Origin: Candidatus Pacebacteria bacterium UBA6180 | Lineage (GTDB): Bacteria; Patescibacteriota; Microgenomatia; UBA1400; PJMF01 | NCBI GenBank assembly: GCA_002422165.1 | Contig: DITQ01000006.1 | Span: 25,384-89,383 of the forward strand | Direction of reading: 5' to 3' | DNA: 64,000 nucleotides | Shown here: positions 54,748 through 63,300 of the stretch, in pieces | How positions within the stretch are numbered: position 1 is the first letter of the stretch | Layout of the letters: each line of letters opens with the position of its first letter | The notes under the pieces: generated by a model | Databases searched by the model: none | What the model was told of the DNA's origin: nothing | The model's input: the letters and a program-made list of their open reading frames with translations, nothing else | Program-made: the position numbers and the translations under genes

Positions 54748-56919
54748 TTACTTTGGAGGCTTATAGTCGTTAATGCTGTAAACCCCATGCTTATCTGGTG
54801 TAAGTTTTTCGTTTTCAGTCTCGTCTCCAAAAACTGTTTTTACCTTTTGAGCTAAAAAGCCATCCTTTTTAATGGCTTCTTCAGCCTTCTGATCGGCGTC
54901 TTTGAGAGGGTCTTGCTCAACCTTTATGTCGGGGGCTTTCCAGGCGAGGTTGTTTTCTGAATCAGCGTTGACACTCGCGGTATTTTTAAACTCTTGATTG
55001 TTGTCAAGTCGTTGTTTTCGAAGTTGGCGTGCTTTTTTGTAGTTTTCAAAGCTGTCGCCGCGAGGACTCGAGGCGGCGCTAAGCGATTTTTTGATTTCCT
55101 TATCGTCTTTTTTGCGCAACATTTCTTCCGGGTTGGTGGTGATAACTTGATGTTCTTCGTCTGAAGCAATCACTCTCAGTGCCACGTGGTTTTGTCCAGC
55201 AAAAAAGATGCCTTCTCCCACATCAGAAGAAACAAGCAACTGTCGCTCACCCTCGGACAAATAGAAGGTTTGGGTTAAAATGGGGATGGAAGCGGTAGAC
55301 TGCTTCATCAGGAATTGAATAGAGGCGTTGGAAACAATGGCTTTGCCGTAATCGTTATGTAAGAAATCTTCCACGTCCTGAGTGATAGTGGTAATTCCAA
55401 GATAGTATTTGCGCGACCGTTTAACCATGGAGTAGACAAAAGCAGCGCTGTCTGGATGCATCATAAAATACCAAGCCTCATCAATAATGAGAATACGGCG
55501 CCTAAGGTTCTTTTTAACTCTTGTCCAGATAAAATCAAGGATAACATACATGGCGATAGGTCGCAGCGACTCCTCCATTTCTTTGACCGAAAAAACCGTG
55601 AACGGAGACTTGATGTCTATGTTGGATGCCTGGTCAAAAATTCCACGATAAGAACCAGTGATAAATTTTTCTAAACGTGCAGCGATGTCGTCGGCATATT
55701 CTTGCTCCATACCAATGAGCGCCTTATAGAGGTCTTCCATGAGTGGGGGAGTGTTTTTTTGAGTGGCTGGGTCGGGAGTGATGCCTTTGGCTTTGTAGGC
55801 GGCAATAATGGAACGATCGAGCAAAGCCTCTTGTTGTGGGGTCATTTCGCCCAGCATGACCTTAAGCAGGCCGTGAACGGAGAGAATTTTTTGACCCAAC
55901 TCATTTTCACCCTCTTCGTAAAGGTTGGACAGATCGAAAGGGTTTATTTTCGCTTTGGAGCCAAAAGTAAAATTGATGTATTCTCCGCCAACCATTTTGC
56001 ACAGTTCCTCATACTCATGTTCTGGGTCGAGAACGATCACCTCAGCATCAAACATTAGTTGACGCAAAATTTCGAGCTTAACGGTGTAGGATTTACCAGC
56101 ACCAGACTTGGCGAATATAACCATGTTGGCGTTTTCCATTTTGAAGCGATCGAAAATAACCAGCGAATCGTTGTGTTCGTTGATCCCATAAACTATGCCT
56201 GTTTCCATGGTTAGCTCAGAAGATGTGAACGGAAAGGTGGTGGCCAAAGAAGTGGTATCCATGTTTCTGGTGACAGAAAGCTTGTCGACGCCCATGGGGA
56301 GAGTGGTTTTAAAGCCTTCGTCCATTTGTAGGGCGGATTTTTTGGAAACGATCATTAGGGCGCCGAGAGTGCTTTGAATGCTTTTAGTGATTTTGTCGAG
56401 CATTTCTTTGCTGTCGGCACGAACGGTAACATAAAGACCGAATTGGAAAAAGCGCTCTGAGCCAGCGGCCAATTGTTCGCGCATGGCTCTGGCATCACTC
56501 AGTTTGATTTCAGTATTAATGTTGCTGATTTTTCCTGAGCGAATGTCTGAAGTAATTTCTGCCTCCATCTCAGTGATTTTGCGCTTAAGGTTGTCAAGAA
56601 TATCTCCGGTGTCAGAGGGAAAAATAAACATTGAAATATTGGCTTGATGAGGGTAATTGATTAGTGGTGATAGCCAGTTGGCGGGAACGGCGCGAGGGTA
56701 GCCAGCAATAAACAGCGTTCTGGTGTAGGTGGAGTTGATTTTTTGGTAAGTGAAATCCACCTCTATTGCCTCTGGAGCAATAATGTCTTGGATGGTTACT
56801 AGGCCGCGCGAAAACTCGCTTAATTTTTCCTGAGTGTATTGATCGGCGTCAATTTTTTGTTGAGTTGCCGGATCGCTAGTGGTCTTTTTACCAAATAGAT
56901 TAAACATCTTTTGCATCAT
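54748..56919 (-). CDS. virB4: VirB4/TraE-family type IV secretion ATPase (Gram-positive-type architecture)
   Basis: N-region TRTLFIAGYPRAVPANWLSPLINYP...ISMFIFP, Walker A VIFAKSGAGKSYTVK, Walker B/DEAW motif ILIIDEAWYFM, C-terminal acidic extension. Confidence 0.8.
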   Translation of the reverse strand: MMQKMFNLFGKKTTSDPATQQKIDADQYTQEKLSEFSRGLVTIQDIIAPEAIEVDFTYQKINSTYTRTLFIAGYPRAVPANWLSPLINYPHQANISMFIFPSDTGDILDNLKRKITEMEAEITSDIRSGKISNINTEIKLSDARAMREQLAAGSERFFQFGLYVTVRADSKEMLDKITKSIQSTLGALMIVSKKSALQMDEGFKTTLPMGVDKLSVTRNMDTTSLATTFPFTSSELTMETGIVYGINEHNDSLVIFDRFKMENANMVIFAKSGAGKSYTVKLEILRQLMFDAEVIVLDPEHEYEELCKMVGGEYINFTFGSKAKINPFDLSNLYEEGENELGQKILSVHGLLKVMLGEMTPQQEALLDRSIIAAYKAKGITPDPATQKNTPPLMEDLYKALIGMEQEYADDIAARLEKFITGSYRGIFDQASNIDIKSPFTVFSVKEMEESLRPIAMYVILDFIWTRVKKNLRRRILIIDEAWYFMMHPDSAAFVYSMVKRSRKYYLGITTITQDVEDFLHNDYGKAIVSNASIQFLMKQSTASIPILTQTFYLSEGERQLLVSSDVGEGIFFAGQNHVALRVIASDEEHQVITTNPEEMLRKKDDKEIKKSLSAASSPRGDSFENYKKARQLRKQRLDNNQEFKNTASVNADSENNLAWKAPDIKVEQDPLKDADQKAEEAIKKDGFLAQKVKTVFGDETENEKLTPDKHGVYSINDYKPPK

Positions 56920-58348
56920 CCTGAATTTTTAATGGGGCCGCTTCCTCAGCAAAATTTACAGAAGGTTCTTGTGGGCTGCTGGGGGCGGCCTGACCTGCTC
57001 CAGCAGCTAAAAAAGAATTGTCTATGATTGGTGCAGTTTCAACAGTGGGAGTGTTAGGATTCACAGGAGCTTCTTGAGGAGCTGACGCAGCAGCAGCAGG
57101 TTGACTGGAAAGGGGAGTGTCTGGTTCGCTTGGGGCGCTGTCTGGTTGTAAGACTGGGCCGCCTATGAAGCTGTCCTTTTCAGCAAAAGACTGATTGGCG
57201 GGATTGGCTCCAGCGAGCAAGGTCGGATCGAGACTGAGGTTTAGATCGGGATTTGGGTCGGCTGTCACCGGCTCTGCAGGCGTGTTCTCTGCCGCGACTT
57301 CTGTCACGGGAGATTCTGCGCCTGGAAATCCTGCTGGTGGTGGAAACATCTGTGTTGGCGCCGATTCAAGCGTGGGCGACTGCGAAGACTCGGTGGCCTG
57401 AGGCTGTTCTTGAACAAACTGAACGTCTGTGAGCGTGGGCTGCTCTTGAATCGTGGGCTCGACGGGAGAACCGACGGGGCTGGTGGGGTCTTCTGCAGTG
57501 CTAAGTGTGTCGACAGGAGCGGCGGCTTGAGAAGTCTCGGAAGGAGCCATCTGACTCTGATTATCAACGAGCTGGCCTGGTTCGTCAGCAACCTGAGTCT
57601 GTCCTCCAGATGCTTGGTTTGCCGCTGCTTGATTTTGCATAATGTTGTTTAGTTGCATAAATTTTCCTCCAAAACTTGCCCGCACAAGTGGGGTAGTGTA
57701 GTTTTCGCTGCTACTAATTTCTTGTCCCTCAGCAGCCTCAGGGTTGTAATTGATATAGAAGTTTTGAATAATTTCTTGGGTAGTGAGCTGTCTGGCAAAA
57801 AGCCCAAGTCGATTAAATTGTGAGACCAGGTGGTCGCGACGAGGCTCGAGAACGTTAATGGCTTTTTCGAGCAAAATACTTTTTTCAATAAGTTCGACAT
57901 TAAAAGCTCCTTGGCCGGGTAAAACACTCGATGGAGTGATGAGCCCCATTTCGCTTGGGCTGGCAGAAGCGATGATAAAAAAGCGCTTTTGTAGGACGTT
58001 TCTTTCTTTGATCAGCCCCTCTACAAAGCTGCGGTATTTTTTAATCAGGGTTGCCCTGCGCTCTGAGCTTGCTTTGGCGATTTGTTCGTCAAGAAGCCTT
58101 AAATATTTGGTGGCGTCTTTAGTTTGTGATTGAATATTAATCTGAATGGGGTAGTTGAGAGAGTTGAGCACGCTGCCGTAGGTAAAAATAACCGCATCCT
58201 GTTCTTGTTCGGCCAGCAAGCTAAAATTCATGGTTCCTACCTGAAGAATGATGGCAGCAGAACCATCTTTAAGCAGGACCATGTCGTTGACAATGTCATA
58301 AACATCAAGAAATTCTTGAGTGGTAGAACTAATCACTTTGTCGCTCAT
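56900..58348 (-). CDS. VirB4 N-terminal (CagE/TrbE/VirB-type) domain-like protein with ~280-aa Pro/Ala/Ser/Gln-rich disordered tail
   Basis: First about 200 aa FLDVYDIVNDMVLLKDGSAAIILQVGTMNFSLL...IFTYGSVLNSLNYPIQINIQ resemble the VirB4 N-domain (compare DHIVLLEDGSIMSIARIDGVAFELEE in Agrobacterium VirB4). Overlaps the virB4 ATPase ORF by 20 nt in a different frame. Confidence 0.4.
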   Translation of the reverse strand: MSDKVISSTTQEFLDVYDIVNDMVLLKDGSAAIILQVGTMNFSLLAEQEQDAVIFTYGSVLNSLNYPIQINIQSQTKDATKYLRLLDEQIAKASSERRATLIKKYRSFVEGLIKERNVLQKRFFIIASASPSEMGLITPSSVLPGQGAFNVELIEKSILLEKAINVLEPRRDHLVSQFNRLGLFARQLTTQEIIQNFYINYNPEAAEGQEISSSENYTTPLVRASFGGKFMQLNNIMQNQAAANQASGGQTQVADEPGQLVDNQSQMAPSETSQAAAPVDTLSTAEDPTSPVGSPVEPTIQEQPTLTDVQFVQEQPQATESSQSPTLESAPTQMFPPPAGFPGAESPVTEVAAENTPAEPVTADPNPDLNLSLDPTLLAGANPANQSFAEKDSFIGGPVLQPDSAPSEPDTPLSSQPAAAASAPQEAPVNPNTPTVETAPIIDNSFLAAGAGQAAPSSPQEPSVNFAEEAAPLKIQDDAKDV

Positions 58349-58380
58349 TTTTTTTGATCCAAGCTACAGTTTACTAAAAA

Positions 58381-59232
58381 TCAGAGGTTGATTACAAGGG
58401 GCTGGAGGATTTGCCCGCTTAGCTCAAGCTCGGAGGCGGGAAAGATGACTCCGTCCTTTTCCGCAACAATCTGGTAAAAACCATCCTCCAGAGGATTGCC
58501 AAGCACGAAGTTGCCATTAGCATCACTTTTGCCAACTCGCAAGCTTTGTCCACCACGGTCTTTAGCCTCAACTAGAACATTGGCAACAGCAATGCCGTTT
58601 TGATCGACGGTTGTTCCAAAAATTTGGTTTGGCAAGTGCTCCTCAGTGATAGTTTCTCGCGGAGCCTGGAGACTGCGCACCCTGGTTTTAAGATCCGGCT
58701 TGGTTGGTTTTTGAGCTTCAATCTTAATATCTGTGTCGACAACATTTACTTCGTCGAAAGTTTCCAAAAGAGCATTGATTTTCTGATTTTCCTCTAGATC
58801 AAAATCGTCAGTCGCTTCTGCGGAAGGAATGCTTTTTAAGTATTCAAAAATGCGCTGCTTTCGCGCGGGATTAAGATTGACGTTGGGGGCAAAGTAATCG
58901 CTTTGGTTGCTGGTTACCCGATAATTGAAAAAGTCAGGAATGCGACTGCTTTTTTTCCAAAAAAACTTTGTGGGCTTGTATATTTTATTGAAAAAAGTCT
59001 TAATCCAGTGGTCGAGAGGACGCTCCTCAATAGGGACGAAGGCAACCATTGCTCCAAGTCCCACGGTGAAAAAAATTAGAGGCCACTTGACGATGCCGAT
59101 GAGATTGGTTTTAAAAATTACAAAACCAAGCACCACTGCCACTGCCATTTCAGCAAACTGCTTGAGCGTCATCTGGCCAATGAGATGAAACTTGTAGTTG
59201 GTAATATCCTGTGGAATTGGGTGTTGTTTCAT
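58381..59232 (-). CDS. PrgI/VirB3-like two-TM protein with extended C-terminal beta-sandwich (carboxypeptidase-regulatory-like) domain
   Basis: N-terminus PIPQDITNYKFHLIGQMTLKQFAEMAVAVVLGFVIF...WPLIFFTVGLGAMVAFVP fits the PrgI-family pattern (P.D.T.Y.EK.FFGLT.RQ). C-terminus GTTVDQNGIAVANVLVEAKD...GNFVLG. Confidence 0.45.
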   Translation of the reverse strand: MKQHPIPQDITNYKFHLIGQMTLKQFAEMAVAVVLGFVIFKTNLIGIVKWPLIFFTVGLGAMVAFVPIEERPLDHWIKTFFNKIYKPTKFFWKKSSRIPDFFNYRVTSNQSDYFAPNVNLNPARKQRIFEYLKSIPSAEATDDFDLEENQKINALLETFDEVNVVDTDIKIEAQKPTKPDLKTRVRSLQAPRETITEEHLPNQIFGTTVDQNGIAVANVLVEAKDRGGQSLRVGKSDANGNFVLGNPLEDGFYQIVAEKDGVIFPASELELSGQILQPLVINL

Positions 59233-59321
59233 GCTGTAAGTTTATTTTAGCAGATTTTCAACTCACATTCCCTGCGGCTGTAGCGCTGATAGAAACAGCA
59301 AGAAAAATTTTAGAGGGCAAT

Positions 59322-60344
59322 TTATTTTTCTTTAGAGACTGCCACGGCTGGAGTAATAAGTGAAGCCTGAATATTAAGGCCAGCAGAATTGGTTAGTTTG
59401 CCGCTAAAGCGATAAAAGGGGTAAGCAAGCTTCAGCTTGTCGTCGTACCTGTATTCAATCTCTGCTGAGTAAAGATTGGCTTCGTTAATCCAGTTTAAAT
59501 CGATTATTTCAACAATCTGGCTTTCTGCGCTTATGACGGAAACAATGCCATTTTTAATATTGTTTATTGCTTGATTGATGTTGAGCGGGGGAAGTTTTAA
59601 AGAAGGCTCAAATTTGTGAAAAAAGTTTTTAAAAACCACTCTTTCCAAGTCATATTTATTGTTTATTTTGCAAATAAACGGGTACTCTGATTCGTTGGTA
59701 TAGAAAACTGGAAATCCATCTAATTCATAAGTAAGAGGTATTTGTAAAATGTGAGCTTCGTTTTCAACAGTAATTTCTTGTTCTTCCTCGTTGTTTAGAA
59801 ATTCTATAGATTTCTCCTGAGGAATTAACGCCAGACCTGCGCTGTATTTTGTGTAAAAATTTAAACATGTTTGTATGGCCTCTGGCTTGAGAATGAATAG
59901 GTCGTTTTTTTCAAGATCTGACACTTCGACATAGGTGTAGTTGTTTTCGTAAGTGCTTTTGGCCAGCTGAGCGTTGTTTCCAAGCCAATAATTGAGAACG
60001 CTTTGATGAGGAATCATGTCTTTTTCATTAATGATTTGATTGGCGATTATCTCAGCAGTTGTCGATTTGTCGCTTGCAGCATAAATCTTAAAAAATTCTG
60101 GCAAAACAGGGCTTACTCCAGAAAAACTTATTTTTTTAAAAGTGCTTTGAGTTTGGTCGTAGTTGGCCGTGAAAGAATCATTTTGGAAAACAATCTTTTC
60201 CTCTTCAGGCGTAATGAGGGTTAAAATTGAAGAAATAATTAGAGCTAAGCTGGTAAAAATGAGCAGGTATTGCCAAAAGCTCAGTCTAAGCCTGAATGTT
60301 CTTTGGGTTTTGATGGTTTTTGTTTGCATATTTATTCGTAACAA
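59322..60344 (-). CDS. bitopic membrane protein in T4SS module (possible VirB8-like component)
   Basis: Single N-terminal TM WQYLLIFTSLALIISSILTLI followed by a 290-aa extracytoplasmic domain. Assignment by topology and position only. Confidence 0.3.
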   Translation of the reverse strand: MLRINMQTKTIKTQRTFRLRLSFWQYLLIFTSLALIISSILTLITPEEEKIVFQNDSFTANYDQTQSTFKKISFSGVSPVLPEFFKIYAASDKSTTAEIIANQIINEKDMIPHQSVLNYWLGNNAQLAKSTYENNYTYVEVSDLEKNDLFILKPEAIQTCLNFYTKYSAGLALIPQEKSIEFLNNEEEQEITVENEAHILQIPLTYELDGFPVFYTNESEYPFICKINNKYDLERVVFKNFFHKFEPSLKLPPLNINQAINNIKNGIVSVISAESQIVEIIDLNWINEANLYSAEIEYRYDDKLKLAYPFYRFSGKLTNSAGLNIQASLITPAVAVSKEK

Positions 60345-63300
60345 GTGGTGACACCGCTACCCTCAACGGGAGGATGTCTCCCATTATTGTCCTCTGGCAC
60401 CACGGTTTCAATAATGGATGGGCCTGGGTGGTTGAGTAGGGAAAACACTCCGCCGTGAGCCGCTCCATAATGTAGGTGGTTTCCAGAAGAAAACCCCCTG
60501 TTTCCGCTCAGGCCAATTAAATAGCCAGCTTCAACCTGAATACAGCTGCCAGGACTACTTATGCTTGGATTTGGGTCCTGAAAGTGGGCAAAGATTAGTT
60601 TCTGTTGGCCTCCATCACCATTAAAAGTCAGCGTGAAATAGCAGCCAAAACCGCTGTTAGAACAATTGACATGACAAAGCTGCCCATCATAGGGGGTAAA
60701 AACTGGGTTGCCATATAGTGCTGGTCCAAGACTTGTGCCTATATCATAGGCATCGTGGTAATAGGGGTTCTTCGGGTTTGGTCCATGGGAAAAATTGCCA
60801 TCGTATGGCAGTTGTGAGACGGTGCCTGTCATCGGCCAACAACCAGCATCCCCGCTACACTCCCCCAAACACACTCTGGCTGTAGTAATAACGTTGTCCG
60901 CGCCTTGCTGAAAAGCATTCTGGTAATAGAAATTAACTTCAATGGCATTGCTGATGGCGGTGTGGTTGTAATCGCTGCTTAAGCCATCCAGAGTATAGGT
61001 AAAGGTTAAGCTGTTGCCAGCCAAAATGACGATTTCTCCTCCGGTTGCTGCTGGAGACACTTGGGCTGATGGGAGATCACCTTCTGTTGGCAGCGGAGTG
61101 GGAGAGGCGCTAAGAGGCGGACTACTGGCTCCGCCCTGCTCATCAATAATCTTGCGAAAATATTCAAACTCTAGGTTTCTCTGACTTGGAATGATGGGCG
61201 GAGCGCGGCCTGCTTTTTCCCAGCCAGACCTGCTTTGTTTAAAAGTGGTCTCGTCACTAATGTTGATGATTTGCAAATCGAAATCTTCTTTTGGAGCGAT
61301 GGTGATCGTGTACTCAATTGACAGTGGAAAGCTTGGCTTGTCGCATTTTGACCCATCGTTTTCTGCAAGCAAGCAGCCTTTTGTGATTTTGGCGGTTTTT
61401 TTGACCTCTGCGTATTTGGAGGTTTTTTCAACCGTGTTGATAATTTCAGATTCGCTGAGGGGAAAATTGGTCAGAAAAGCTGAGTTGAGATTGGCACGAT
61501 AAAAATAACCAAGAAGGAAGATGGTTCCTGAAGCAATAACGACCGTCTGTCCCGCAATAACCATGGCAGGCGTAGCAATTTGGCTAACCAAGCTTTGAGC
61601 GGGAGGGATAGTTTGGGCTGCAGGAATGGCTGTGCTGTTGGGCGCAAATTGGTTAAAAGCTTCGTGACCGCTAAGGCTGAGGTTTTCAGCAGCACCCCCT
61701 CGACTAGAAAGTTCTTTGTTGAGGGAGGAGATTTCTCTCGCTCCGCCCAAGCCCTTGTAGATCATTGCTCCGGCAGCAAGTGCCGCCATAAGCGCTGCAA
61801 TTAGCGGTCCAAGAGTGGCCATTAGAAGAGCGAAAAGAATATAGGGCCAGTATTTTTTGATAAATTCAATGATTTGGCTGAGAACTTCATTTTCAAGAAA
61901 ACGCAGTGTGCCCGTAGCGTCAGCAGCCTTGGCCGCTTCCCAAGAAGCAAAAGCTGCTTCTGAGGCCCCGGCTGTGGCGGCGCCAGCGGTGGCGCGAATA
62001 CCCCACTTCAAGGCTTCTCTGGTAAAGCGGTTGTCAACCAAATCATCTCCACTCATTCCGCCAGGAATCTGAGTGAAAGCCTGCTGAAGCAAGCCGTCTC
62101 CCTGAGTGGCGTATGTTGGGTCGAGATAACGATTTTGACTAGGCGCAAAGGCCCTTTCGCCCAGAACTTGATTTCCCCAGATCAAAAATTCGTCAAGAGG
62201 ACTGATTTGGGGGACGATTTGTTGAGAGAAAACTTCAATGCTGTATTCAGCAGTCACGTAGCCAGGCATGTAAAACTCGAAGTAAGTTTTGAGGACAGCC
62301 TGTTGTTCTGGAGCTTCCATTTTGGCCAGTTCTGTTTCCAGCTGTTTTCCAATTAGGTCTTGTTCTTGTTTGAGAAAGCCAGCCAATTCGGGATTGTTTT
62401 TGACAGCGTCTGAGGTGGGATCGGCCAAGGCCTGTGCGACAGTTTTGCTACCAAAGTTTTTGTTTAGCTGGCGCATGTAAAGCTGTTTTGAGGTAAGAGG
62501 CTTGCCGTGCTTTGCTGCCAGATTAATTGCCTCTTCTGGCGTGAGTTTTTCTTGAGCGAATTCGGCACGAATCTCTTTGGCCCAGATGGCGCGTTTGCGC
62601 TTCCAGTAGAAGACAATGATGTTGGCCAAAGCCTCTCTGTTGTCTTTAATTTGCTTGGGAGTTAAATCAGTGCCAAAAAAGTTTTTAAGCCTTTGCCAAT
62701 CAATTTTTTGTGGGTCAGCGATTAAATATTCTGGAGGCAAGCCTTGCTGGATGTAGACGTCCGTCAAAGATTTGACGTTTTGTAGAATGCGCTCTCTAAT
62801 TTCTGGGTGTAGGTTCTGGATTGTTTCATCGAGGTGCTGGCTTAGCATCTTGTCCAGCTGCTCTTCGCTGCCGGCGACGCCCAGCTGGCTTTCGACAAGC
62901 CTGGCGAAATCAGCGTCATTTCTGCCTCGCTCGAAGACCTCCTCAGCACTCCTGGTGTCGACGACGTTGATTTGATTTTTTGTGCGCCCACCGAGCTGTT
63001 CGCCCTTGAGTTCTTGCCGCTGGTTTTTATCCAGCTCTTGCTTGAAGGCGACCGCGTCCTTGTCCTCGACCAGTTGACTGACGGCTCTATTGAGCAGTCC
63101 CATGCCGCGAATGTCGATCAGTAGGCCAAGGGCGCTTTTGTTGGCGAAGTTGACCCGCGCTGAAGTGTCCTGAACAAATCGGTCTAGACTGAATTCACCA
63201 CTTAGTATCAGAGTCTCGACTTGCGCGAAGGCGCGGTCCATGAGTTGTTGGCGGATGTCAAGCGGCAACTGATCAAAGGTCACTCGCGTGCCTGGCGACA

